NCBI GenBank assembly: GCA_030679995.1
Contig: JAUXSK010000015.1
Location: 3,607-67,606, forward strand
Origin: Candidatus Moraniibacteriota bacterium
Lineage (GTDB): Bacteria > Patescibacteriota > Minisyncoccia > Moranbacterales > UBA2206
Direction: 5' to 3'
DNA length: 64,000 nucleotides
Positions 10,023 through 18,956 of the stretch are shown piece after piece (the stretch's first letter is position 1; every line of letters starts with the position of its first letter). Below the pieces are notes generated by a model. It was given only the letters and a program-made list of their open reading frames with translations. It did not search any database and had not been told where the DNA came from. A program made the position numbers and the translations under genes.

Positions 10023-11111
10023 CTAATCTCCTTGTGGGAATAAGAGTTTTGATCCGTTCCAAGGATTGGTAATAATCCCGTTGTTGTAGGCCAGATCGTC
10101 GATCTTATCGACGAGCCGGTAACGGTTGAATTTTTTAGAAATCCGGATACCTAAGAATCGGCCGGCATTCCAAGATAATAATTCAACCACTCTTTGGTTG
10201 GAAATATGGTGTTTTTTTGCCAGGGTACAGATGACTGGCACCATCTCTTGGTTGGAAGGCAATCCGCCGAGCTTATTTTGGATTTTTTCCTGCGTCGTGT
10301 GCGGCGCGTTATCAGATCCGATGAAAATCAACGGATTATCTGATAACAGGAGGTGGATGAGAAATTCACGGTGTTCGCCTGAACGCAGGGAATTGAAACA
10401 TTTGTAGAATATCGGATCCAAATCCTGGTTCCAGTTAGTGCCATCGGAATCAAACCACAGGTAATGCGGGCAGAGCTCGATGGCGATCGGAAGCCCTTTT
10501 TTCTGGGCTTTTAGGATTAACTCGGCGCTTTCTCGGCAGGAAACATGGCAGATGATGACTTTGGCGCCGGGCACTTGCGAGGCCAGGGAAATCATATCCT
10601 CGACATCGGCCACTTCGGCGTTAATCGTGTGTCCTTCCTGGGCGATGATTGCCGGATTATCACAATGGCGAGCATAAACCTTTCTATACTGTCTGACTAA
10701 ATGCAATCCGGCCAGGCGGGTCCTCGGGTCAAAAACTCCAATAGTCCCCGTCGTCACGGTCGCTCCGTCCGCGCCCAGCGGATAATCTTTGAGGCCGAGG
10801 ACTTCGCGGAATTTGAGCGCCGCTTCACACTCAACTAAATTTTGATCAGTAAGGCCGAAGTGTGAATGTTGCTGATTTTTGAGACATAATTTCTTACTGG
10901 CATTTCCGAGTAGTCTTAGTTGATGTTGTAACATCGTGAGATTGGTGATGGCTGGCAGCGTATTGGGCATAAAAACTGAAATGGAAATCAACGCCTCCAA
11001 AGCTTCTGATAATGTCTGTCGGATAGTTGTTTTATATGATTGCTTCAGGTCGCGCCCGTGGCAATGGGAATCGATAATCGTTTCGGGCAAACAAATGGTG
11101 TTTTTCTGCAT
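10023..11111 (-). CDS. pyrC: dihydroorotase-like amidohydrolase
   Basis: IIDSHCHGRD (HxH), MPNT, ICHVS, ELCPHYL and GSDNAPH motifs; start placed at ATG 11111, which follows an SD-like AAGAGGT. Confidence 0.8.
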   Translation of the reverse strand: MQKNTICLPETIIDSHCHGRDLKQSYKTTIRQTLSEALEALISISVFMPNTLPAITNLTMLQHQLRLLGNASKKLCLKNQQHSHFGLTDQNLVECEAALKFREVLGLKDYPLGADGATVTTGTIGVFDPRTRLAGLHLVRQYRKVYARHCDNPAIIAQEGHTINAEVADVEDMISLASQVPGAKVIICHVSCRESAELILKAQKKGLPIAIELCPHYLWFDSDGTNWNQDLDPIFYKCFNSLRSGEHREFLIHLLLSDNPLIFIGSDNAPHTTQEKIQNKLGGLPSNQEMVPVICTLAKKHHISNQRVVELLSWNAGRFLGIRISKKFNRYRLVDKIDDLAYNNGIITNPWNGSKLLFPQGD

Positions 11112-11222
11112 AACGTACCTCTTGGTGGTTGGTGGATTCATCTGGTAAACGGCATATTTTGTTGTTAAGGTTACTTTAGTTGTAGCAACTTTGACCAATT
11201 ATTGTCAATTAACGGATGATTT

Positions 11223-11251
11223 TTGCCACTGGGCGGATATTGGTGTAAAAT
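11223..11251 (+). promoter_or_regulatory. sigma70-type promoter, leaderless geometry for rnhA
   Basis: TTGCCA-17 nt-TAAAAT, then 6 nt to ATG 11258. Confidence 0.6.
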
Positions 11252-11257
11252 AAAGCT

Positions 11258-11680
11258 ATGGATGAGAAAATTGTGATGTATACCGATGGAGGTTCAAGGG
11301 GGAATCCCGGACCGGCCGGCATCGGGGTCTATATCGAAACGCTAGGCAAGAAATACGGCGAATGTATCGGGGAAAAAACCAATAATGAAGCGGAATATGC
11401 CGCGTTGATTTTTGGTTTGAAAAAATTGAAACAATTGCTGGGGAAAAAAGCCAAGCAATCGCATATAAGATGTTATCTGGACAGCGAACTGGTCGTGAAA
11501 CAATTGAACCACGAATATAAGTTGAAAGATGCCAGAATCCAAAATTTTTTCATTGAGATTTGGAATCTGATGCTGGATTTCAGCAAGGTGGAATTCAGCC
11601 ATATCCTGCGCGAGAAAAACAAGATCGCGGACGCTTTAGTGAATGAAGCGTTGGATACGCAACAAGATAAATTATTTTAA
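11258..11680 (+). CDS. rnhA: ribonuclease HI
   Basis: YTDGGSRGNPGPAG, TNNEAEY, DSELVV and REKNKIADAL motifs. Confidence 0.93.
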   Translation: MDEKIVMYTDGGSRGNPGPAGIGVYIETLGKKYGECIGEKTNNEAEYAALIFGLKKLKQLLGKKAKQSHIRCYLDSELVVKQLNHEYKLKDARIQNFFIEIWNLMLDFSKVEFSHILREKNKIADALVNEALDTQQDKLF

Positions 11681-11688
11681 ACAAAACG

Positions 11689-12687
11689 ATGAAGAAAAAA
11701 ATAATCTGGATTATCGTGATTATCGCCGCGGTATTCGGCGGCTATGAATATTTCGCCGGTAAAAAACCGGTCACGACCTATACTACCGAAAACGTGAAGC
11801 GCGGAAGTCTGGCGCAGACGGTTTCCGAAACCGGCACGATCAATCCGGTGGATCAGCTGGATTTGTCATTTAAAGTCAGTGGGCGGGTTATCGAATTGAC
11901 TGCGGATGTGGGTGATACGGTGAAAGCGGGACAACTTTTGGCTCAAGTCGATCTGGGGACGCTCAGTGCGGAATTATCCGGTGTCCGGCAGGATTTGCAG
12001 GTCCAAAAAGAAACTTTGGCGAGTATGAAAAAAAATCCCAGCCAGTATAACTATGAGGATAAGGACGCGCAAAGAGCCAAGATAAGGTCGGCTGAGGCCG
12101 CTATCAATTCGGCTCTGGCCCGCATCCGGGATACGAAAATGTTTTCTCCAGCGGACGCGACGGTTCTTAAACGGGGAGTCGATCTGTATGAAACGACCGT
12201 GGCCAATAGTCCAAGTCCGGTTTTTACGATCGGTAATCCGGATGATTTGGTTATTGAAACTGAAGTTCCGGAATCGGATATCGTGAAAGTGAAATTGGGG
12301 CAAAAATCGGAAGTGACTTTCGACGCTTTGCCGGCTGACCAGATATTTGAAGCTGAGGTGACGGAAATCGACCCGGCTTCGACTGTCATCCAAGATGTGG
12401 TGAGTTATCGTGTAAAATTGAAGTTGGCTGTTCAAGATGGACGCATCAAGCCCGGGATGAGCGCCAATATCGACATTATGACAGCTGGGAAAGACGATGT
12501 CCTTATGATTCCGGTACGCGCTATCCATATGGATGGTAAGCAAAAATACGTGGATGTTTTGACGGATGAGAAAAACAACATCACCGAACGCCGCAATATC
12601 ACGACCGGCCTGGAAGGCGATGAGGGAATGATTGAGGTGGTTTCGGGATTGAAGGAAGGCGAAGCGGTAATTACGTTTGTGAAATGA
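11689..12687 (+). CDS. MacA-like periplasmic adaptor subunit
   Basis: N-terminal TM, lipoyl-like VGDTVKAGQLL, coiled coil, KPGMSA and SGLKEGE; precedes an ABC ATPase and permeases. Confidence 0.88.
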   Translation: MKKKIIWIIVIIAAVFGGYEYFAGKKPVTTYTTENVKRGSLAQTVSETGTINPVDQLDLSFKVSGRVIELTADVGDTVKAGQLLAQVDLGTLSAELSGVRQDLQVQKETLASMKKNPSQYNYEDKDAQRAKIRSAEAAINSALARIRDTKMFSPADATVLKRGVDLYETTVANSPSPVFTIGNPDDLVIETEVPESDIVKVKLGQKSEVTFDALPADQIFEAEVTEIDPASTVIQDVVSYRVKLKLAVQDGRIKPGMSANIDIMTAGKDDVLMIPVRAIHMDGKQKYVDVLTDEKNNITERRNITTGLEGDEGMIEVVSGLKEGEAVITFVK

Positions 12688-13415
12688 TTATGGGTTTGAT
12701 CCAGGCTAGAAATTTAAATAAGACTTATGACAATGAAGGTGTTTTGACTCCGGCGGTAAAAGACGTGACTTTTAGGATTGACAAAGGTGAATTTGTGGCG
12801 ATTATGGGACCAAGCGGATCGGGTAAATCGACACTGATGCAGATGTTGGGTTTTTTGGATCGTCCGACGAAGGGCGAATATCTTTTTGATGGAAAAAATA
12901 CGGAAAGTTTTTCTGATGACGAGCTGGCGCTTATCCGCAATAAAAAAGTCGGCTTCGTATTCCAAGCCTTCAATCTTTTGCCGAGGACTTCGGTGATGGA
13001 GAATGTGGAATTGCCGCTCTTATATGATTCCCAGCGCGAGAAAAAGGAGATGATTGAAAAAAAAGTCATAGCTGCGCTTAAAGCGGTGAATATGGAACAT
13101 CGGGCTACGTATCTATCTAACCAGTTATCCGGCGGGGAAAAACAGCGGGTGGCGGTCGCGCGGGCTTTGGTTAATGATCCGGAAGTTTTGTTCGCGGACG
13201 AGCCGACGGGGAATTTGGATTCCAAGTCCGGTATCCAGGTGATGAAAATCCTTCAGAAGCTTAATGATGATGGACATACTATCATCCTGGTGACCCACGA
13301 AACTTTCACGGCCGAACATGCCAAGCGGATAATTATGATGAAAGACGGCGATATCACGCAAGATTTTCCTGTCCAAAACCGCCGGATCGCCCGCGACGGG
13401 GAAATATTGAAATAA
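12684..13415 (+). CDS. ABC transporter ATP-binding protein (MacB/LolD family)
   Basis: GPSGSGKST, LSGGEKQRVA and ADEPTGNLD motifs. Confidence 0.95.
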   Translation: MIMGLIQARNLNKTYDNEGVLTPAVKDVTFRIDKGEFVAIMGPSGSGKSTLMQMLGFLDRPTKGEYLFDGKNTESFSDDELALIRNKKVGFVFQAFNLLPRTSVMENVELPLLYDSQREKKEMIEKKVIAALKAVNMEHRATYLSNQLSGGEKQRVAVARALVNDPEVLFADEPTGNLDSKSGIQVMKILQKLNDDGHTIILVTHETFTAEHAKRIIMMKDGDITQDFPVQNRRIARDGEILK

Positions 13416-13446
13416 GGGAAAAAATTATTTCCTTCGAGAAAATAAT

Positions 13447-14688
13447 ATGCGGCTTTTAGATCCGATCAAAATTTCATACAAAAACATCTTGGCGGCGAAA
13501 TTCCGTTCATTTTTGACTGTTTTGGGAATTATCATCGGGGTGGCTTCGGTCATCATCGTGATGGCCATCGGCGCGAGTGCGCAAGCTTTGATTTTAGACC
13601 AAGTGTCCGATATCGGGTCCAATTTGGTGGGGGTCTTGCCGGGTGGATCGGAAGAAAAAGGTCCGCCGGCGGCGTTACTCGGAACGGTCATTACGACGCT
13701 CAAATATGAAGATTTGAAAGCGATTCTTTCCAGGAGCAATGTGCCGGACGTGACGAACGGTTCCGGCTATGTGACTGGCGTGGCTACGGCCAAATATCAG
13801 GATAACAGTTTTTCCGTAACATATCAGGGCGTAAGCTCCGATCTGCCGGCCGTGGAAAATATCAATGTGGCGGAAGGACGTTTTTTTATGCCGGAAGAAG
13901 AAACCAATCTGGCGCGCGTTGTTATTTTGGGCGCGGACCGGGTAGTGGATTTTTTCCCGAATGTCGATCCGATCGGGAAAACGCTTACGATAAAAAATCT
14001 CAATTTCACCGTAGTCGGCGTCTTGGATAAGAAAGGCGCCTCGGCTTTTTCCAATTCCGATCAGACTATTTTTGTGCCACTTTTTACGGCGCAAAAACTG
14101 CTTCTAGGAATCGATTATTTGAACTTTATCCGTGTCAAGGCCAATGATCCGCAGAATGTCACCCGGGCCGTATCGGATATAAAAATAACTTTGCGCCAAA
14201 GGCATAGTATTGAGGATCCAGCAGATGATGATTTCACGGTGCGCGATACGGCGCAGGCGCTTTCAACGCTGACCAGCGTAACGGACATTTTGAAATATTT
14301 CCTGGCTTCTATCGCGGCGATTTCGCTTCTGGTGGGCGGAGTAGGCGTGATGAATATAATGTTAGTGGCGGTCAACCAGCGCATCCGGGAAATCGGCCTG
14401 CGAAAGGCGGTCGGCGCACGCAATCACCATATAACTTCGCAATTTTTAATTGAAGCAGTTTTCATCACGCTGGTCGGCGGGATTCTGGGAATTATAACCG
14501 GTATATTCATATCTTATCTGGCGGCCGTCATCATCCGATACTTGGGAAATAATTGGCAGTTCATCATTACCGGACAGTCTGTTATCATAGCGACGTCAGT
14601 CACTTTTATTGTCGGAATCGTCTTTGGGATGTATCCCGCCCGTAAAGCTTCGCAGGTCTCGCCGATGGAAGCGTTGCGGTATGAGTAG
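13447..14688 (+). CDS. ABC transporter permease (MacB/FtsX family)
   Basis: RSFLTVLGIIIGV, GVMNIM, REIGLRKAVGA and PMEALRYE motifs. Confidence 0.93.
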   Translation: MRLLDPIKISYKNILAAKFRSFLTVLGIIIGVASVIIVMAIGASAQALILDQVSDIGSNLVGVLPGGSEEKGPPAALLGTVITTLKYEDLKAILSRSNVPDVTNGSGYVTGVATAKYQDNSFSVTYQGVSSDLPAVENINVAEGRFFMPEEETNLARVVILGADRVVDFFPNVDPIGKTLTIKNLNFTVVGVLDKKGASAFSNSDQTIFVPLFTAQKLLLGIDYLNFIRVKANDPQNVTRAVSDIKITLRQRHSIEDPADDDFTVRDTAQALSTLTSVTDILKYFLASIAAISLLVGGVGVMNIMLVAVNQRIREIGLRKAVGARNHHITSQFLIEAVFITLVGGILGIITGIFISYLAAVIIRYLGNNWQFIITGQSVIIATSVTFIVGIVFGMYPARKASQVSPMEALRYE

Positions 14689-14694
14689 GAATCT

Positions 14695-14788
14695 AAAATT
14701 ACAAAATGATAGATTTGAAAAAGTTTTTATTTTTGGAATTTAGGATTTTAAATTTATTTGTGATTCGTAATTTTGAATTTGTAATTTA
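14695..14788. repeat. AT-rich heptamer-based imperfect palindromic element, copy A (left arm eroded)
   Basis: Right arm AATTTATTTGTGATTCGTAATTTTGAATTTGTAATTT is nearly identical to that of the copy at 54533-54660. Confidence 0.7.
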
Positions 14789-14795
14789 AGCAATT

Positions 14796-16049
14796 ATGCA
14801 TGAATTTTTCATTTCAATTAAATTGGCGATTAAAAATCTCCGGGCCAATCTTGGACGGACGGTTTTGACATTGGTCGGGATCGTAATCGGGATAACCTCG
14901 GTAATCGTGATAATGTCGAGCGGCCAGGGTGTGAAGAATTTCGTGCTAGGACAGGTTAGTAGCTTCGGGAATGATGTGATCCAAATCGAGGTGAAAGTTC
15001 CGGCAACTGGAAAAACTTCGGCGCAAAACGCTATCGGCCAGGCGCAGGGCATCCAGATTACGACGCTTAAGGAAGGCGATGCCGATGCGATTGCGAAGCT
15101 TCCGAATGTGGCTGGCCTATACACGGCCAATTATACGCAAGAAATCGCGAGTTATCAGAATACGAAAAAGCGTACCTTGATTTTCGGCGCTAGTGCGGGA
15201 GTGCCCGATATCGATCCGGGAGTGAAAGTGGCGGAAGGTAGTTTTTTTACGGACGACGATAACCGCAGTTTGGCGCAAGTCGTCGTTATTGGACCGGATA
15301 TCGCGCAAACTTTTTTCGGAACGGACGAGGCATTAGGCAAAAAAATCAAGATCCGCAATCAAAATTACAAAGTCATCGGAATTTTGGAAAAGCGCGGAAC
15401 GATCAGCATGATAAATTTTGACGAGCTGATTTATCTGCCGGTGCGCACGCTTCAGAAAAAAGTATTGGGAATCGATTATTTGCGTAACATTTTTATCAAA
15501 GTCAACGATCAGAATTTGCTGGACGTGACAGTCGCCGACCTGACAGACACGATGCGGCGCGAACACGGCATCACCGATCCTAATAAGGATGATTTTTCCG
15601 TGACTTCGCTTAAAGAAGCGCAAGAAATCGTGGCGACAGTTTTTAATACGATCAATATCCTGCTTTTGGCGCTGACCTCGATTTCTTTGGTAGTCGGAGG
15701 CGTGGGGATTATGAATATAATGTATGTCGCGGTGGTGGAGCGGACTTTTGAAATCGGCCTCAGGAAGGCAGTCGGCGCCCGGCCGAAGGATATTTTACGG
15801 CAGTTTTTGTGGGAAGCGATTTTTATCACGCTGGCTGGCGGAATTGTCGGTATCGCGCTGGGATTCTTGTTCACTTTTATTTTATCGTATGTTTTTTCAA
15901 CCCTGGGTTTCAATCTGACTATGATTGTCAGCACACAGGCGATTTTCATTGCGGTCGGGTTTTCTGCGACAGTCGGCCTCATCTTCGGCTATTACCCCGC
16001 CCGCAAAGCTTCGCTCTTGTCTCCGATGGAAGCACTGAGAAAAGAATGA
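14796..16049 (+). CDS. ABC transporter permease (MacB/FtsX family), second paralog
   Basis: RTVLTLVGIVIGI, GIMNIM, EIGLRKAVGA and PMEALRKE motifs. Confidence 0.93.
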   Translation: MHEFFISIKLAIKNLRANLGRTVLTLVGIVIGITSVIVIMSSGQGVKNFVLGQVSSFGNDVIQIEVKVPATGKTSAQNAIGQAQGIQITTLKEGDADAIAKLPNVAGLYTANYTQEIASYQNTKKRTLIFGASAGVPDIDPGVKVAEGSFFTDDDNRSLAQVVVIGPDIAQTFFGTDEALGKKIKIRNQNYKVIGILEKRGTISMINFDELIYLPVRTLQKKVLGIDYLRNIFIKVNDQNLLDVTVADLTDTMRREHGITDPNKDDFSVTSLKEAQEIVATVFNTINILLLALTSISLVVGGVGIMNIMYVAVVERTFEIGLRKAVGARPKDILRQFLWEAIFITLAGGIVGIALGFLFTFILSYVFSTLGFNLTMIVSTQAIFIAVGFSATVGLIFGYYPARKASLLSPMEALRKE

Positions 16050-16072
16050 CAAAACTTTTGATTATGCAATAT

Positions 16073-16108
16073 AACGGAAAAAGCGCAAGTTGTCGCTTTT
16101 TTTCGTTT
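16073..16108 (+). terminator. probable intrinsic terminator
   Basis: AACGGAAAAAGCG ... CGCTTTTTTTCGTT inverted repeat after the ABC operon. Confidence 0.5.
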
Positions 16109-16157
16109 ATGCTAACCTTAAAGGGCTAATTTCTTATATTTGGTTAAATAAACGATT

Positions 16158-16538
16158 ATGGAAGAAAAGCTATCGGATATCGGGGAGGGAAAAATTAAAG
16201 AGGTGGAAATCGAGCCGGCCATAGTGTCGGAAGATGGGGTGGTTCAAAAAATGGAAATGGAGCGTCATAAAAAGATGGATGCCTATATCGAATTCGGATT
16301 AATCCTTATTTTAGGTATTTTGATCGGTATTGCGGTCAAGACTGAAGCTAATAAGAGGCTTGTTATTGGATTTGATGATTATCGGATGAAATTAGCCAAA
16401 CAGGATTTCAACATCAATAAATTGCAGTTCGAAATGGCTAAAAAAAATGCGGAAGAGCCAGCGGCTGATCAAGGGTCGGGTGGCCAACAAAATCAGGTTG
16501 AACCGGCAGGGGAAGGCGCGGCTGAAACTGATTTATAA
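16158..16538 (+). CDS. hypothetical single-pass membrane protein
   Basis: One hydrophobic helix (FGLILILGILIGIAV); co-oriented with the DsbA gene. Confidence 0.7.
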   Translation: MEEKLSDIGEGKIKEVEIEPAIVSEDGVVQKMEMERHKKMDAYIEFGLILILGILIGIAVKTEANKRLVIGFDDYRMKLAKQDFNINKLQFEMAKKNAEEPAADQGSGGQQNQVEPAGEGAAETDL

Positions 16539-16561
16539 ATAACATATCTAATAATAAAAAT

Positions 16562-17578
16562 ATGGAATCGAAAAAGGATACGAAAATCAAAAATCTGCTT
16601 TCAATCACAATACTTTTGGCTGGTCTTTTTGCGGGCAGCCTGTTCGTGGATGTGGCGCAAGTCATCAAAGGGAGCGGATTTTCCTCTAAGAACCTGAACC
16701 GGGCGGAAATTTTTGAGGCGAATGGAAAAACTTGGGTGGCCTATAGCGAGCCGGCGGTAGGCGTCAAAGTCATCAGTGACGATGCTTGTGAGAAATGCGA
16801 TCCATCGGAAGCTTTGGTTTGGTTGCGCCGGGTTTTGCCGACAATCAGCGCCGAGAAAGTCGCCTATGATAGCCAGGCTGGCAAGGATTTGATCAATAAA
16901 TTCGGCATATCGACGCTGCCCGCTTTTATCTTTGATGGTAATATCACTAAGACTGATTTCTATGCGCAGGCTCAGATACTGTTTGATCCGAAAGACGAAT
17001 CATATATTATGAAAACTCAGGAACTGGGATTGGAACCTGGAAAATATCTGAATATTCCGGAAACAAAAGAAGGTGATGCGACCTTTGGCAAGCTGGATTC
17101 GGAAGTGCGGGTGGTGGTATTTTCAGATTTCCAATGCCCGTTCTGCAAATCTTTTTGGAATTCGTTGCGCGATACGATGAAAAGCTACGGGGACCGGGTC
17201 GCTTTCAGCTATAAACATCTCCCGCTTGGCATCCATCCGCAAGCCAATGATGCGGCGCTGGCCGCCGATTGTGCCTTGGAACAGGATAAATTCTGGGAAT
17301 ATGGCGATAAGCTTTATGCGGCGCAATCCGCTTGGAGCCAGTCCACTGACACCCAGTTATTCAAAAAATATGCCCAGGACTTAAAATTGGACACGGAGCA
17401 GTTCAACCAATGTCTGGATAATAAAAAATATCAGGACAAAGTTGACGCGGATAAGAATGAAGCGAACGCTTTCGGGATTTCCGGCACCCCGGCGACTTTC
17501 ATAAACAACCAATTTAAAAACGGTGTCGTGAGCACCGAAGAATTGAAATCCGCGATTGAAGCGGAGCTGGCGAAATAG
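16562..17578 (+). CDS. membrane-anchored DsbA-family thiol-disulfide oxidoreductase
   Basis: FSDFQCPFC, YKHLPL and GISGTPATFIN motifs; N-terminal TM; second CxxC (CEKC). Confidence 0.9.
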   Translation: MESKKDTKIKNLLSITILLAGLFAGSLFVDVAQVIKGSGFSSKNLNRAEIFEANGKTWVAYSEPAVGVKVISDDACEKCDPSEALVWLRRVLPTISAEKVAYDSQAGKDLINKFGISTLPAFIFDGNITKTDFYAQAQILFDPKDESYIMKTQELGLEPGKYLNIPETKEGDATFGKLDSEVRVVVFSDFQCPFCKSFWNSLRDTMKSYGDRVAFSYKHLPLGIHPQANDAALAADCALEQDKFWEYGDKLYAAQSAWSQSTDTQLFKKYAQDLKLDTEQFNQCLDNKKYQDKVDADKNEANAFGISGTPATFINNQFKNGVVSTEELKSAIEAELAK

Positions 17579-17644
17579 CGCGAATCGTCCTATTTGTCGC
17601 GGATCGTTTGCTATTTCGGCGGACGGTCCGCTATCATTTTGGTG

Positions 17645-17673
17645 TTGCAAAAAAGCTTCCGGACTGATATCAT
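17645..17673 (+). promoter_or_regulatory. sigma70-type promoter, leaderless geometry for tyrS
   Basis: TTGCAA-17 nt-TATCAT with TGn extension, then 6 nt to ATG 17680. Confidence 0.6.
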
Positions 17674-17679
17674 CTAACT

Positions 17680-18882
17680 ATGGATAAAAACTTGGAAAAC
17701 AGGATAGATGAAATCCTGAACCGCGGGGTCGCGGAGGTCATTGACCGTGCGAATCTCAAAAAGAAGCTTCTTTCCGGCAAGAAATTGCGAATCAAACTCG
17801 GTATCGACCCGACCAGTCCGAACCTACATTTGGGTCGGGCCGTATCCTTGCTTAAGTTACGCGATTTGCAGGATCTGGGGCATCAGATAATCCTGCTCAT
17901 CGGCGACTTTACTGGCGTAATCGGTGACACTTCGGATAAGGAAAGTGAGCGGCCGATGCTTCAGGCGGAAGCTGTGAAGGAAAATATGCGGAGTTACCGC
18001 GAGCAAGCCGGAAAAATTTTAGATATGGAAAAAGTCGAATATTACTATAATTCGACCGGTCTTTCGAAATTGGGCTACGCGGAAATCGGCGAGCAAGCCG
18101 ACCAGTTTTCCTTGGCGGAGTTCATCGCGCGGGAGAATATCCGGAAAAGATTGGACGCGGGGACGCGGATTTCCTTGCGCGAATTATTGTATCCGTTGAT
18201 GCAAGGTTATGACAGCGTGGCATTGCAAGCCGATTTGGAATTGGGCGGGACCGACCAGCGGTTCAATCTGTTAGCCGGCCGGACGCTGCAGAAAAAATAC
18301 GGCCAAGATCCGCAGGACATCATAATGGTCAACCTGATTGAAGGGACCGACGGCCGGAAGATGAGTTCGAGTTGGGGGAATACTATCAACCTTCTGGATG
18401 ACGCGAATTCGATGTTTGGCAAAGTAATGAGTATGGGTGACGGACTGATCGTGAAATATCTTATCCATTGCACCCGGGTGCCGATGGAAGAAGTGCGCGG
18501 GATAGAGCGGGATCTGTCAGCTGGAAAAATAAATCCGCGCGATGCTAAATTGGAATTAGCGCGTGAAATCGTGAAGATTTATCATAGCGAAGCGGAGGCG
18601 GAAAAGGCCAAGGAATATTTCGTGAGGACGATTTCCAATAAGGAAATTCCTGAGGAGGTGAAGGAAATAGAGATTGATAAAGATGAAATAAAATTGGTGG
18701 AATTTTTGGTATTGGCCGGTTTGGCTAAAAGTAACGGGGAAGCCCGTCGGAAAATCGAGCAAGGCGGTTTGGAAATCAACGGGGAGCGCGAAAGTGATTG
18801 GCAGAGGGTTTTGAAAAAAGACGAGGATGGCGCGGTTTTCAAGGTAGGGAAATTCGGATTTGCAAAAATTAAATTTGAATAA
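17680..18882 (+). CDS. tyrS: tyrosine--tRNA ligase
   Basis: GIDPTSPNLHLG, YPLMQGYD, GGTDQRFN and KMSSS motifs; C-terminal S4 domain. Confidence 0.97.
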   Translation: MDKNLENRIDEILNRGVAEVIDRANLKKKLLSGKKLRIKLGIDPTSPNLHLGRAVSLLKLRDLQDLGHQIILLIGDFTGVIGDTSDKESERPMLQAEAVKENMRSYREQAGKILDMEKVEYYYNSTGLSKLGYAEIGEQADQFSLAEFIARENIRKRLDAGTRISLRELLYPLMQGYDSVALQADLELGGTDQRFNLLAGRTLQKKYGQDPQDIIMVNLIEGTDGRKMSSSWGNTINLLDDANSMFGKVMSMGDGLIVKYLIHCTRVPMEEVRGIERDLSAGKINPRDAKLELAREIVKIYHSEAEAEKAKEYFVRTISNKEIPEEVKEIEIDKDEIKLVEFLVLAGLAKSNGEARRKIEQGGLEINGERESDWQRVLKKDEDGAVFKVGKFGFAKIKFE

Positions 18883-18887
18883 TAATC

Positions 18888-18937
18888 GCCCGGACATGCT
18901 TTCCTAAAACTCGGTTTTAGGAAAGTTGAAGACGGGC
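18888..18937. repeat. REP-like hairpin between tyrS and pheS
   Basis: Perfect 12-bp stem CTTTCCTAAAAC-TCG-GTTTTAGGAAAG enclosed by GCCCG...CGGGC; no T-tract follows. Confidence 0.6.
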
Positions 18938-18956
18938 CTTGGATTTCAGTAAAAAA

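Noticed and set aside
11112-11210. PyrR-type attenuator upstream of pyrC
   Set aside because: No PyrR-binding consensus or terminator hairpin is visible.
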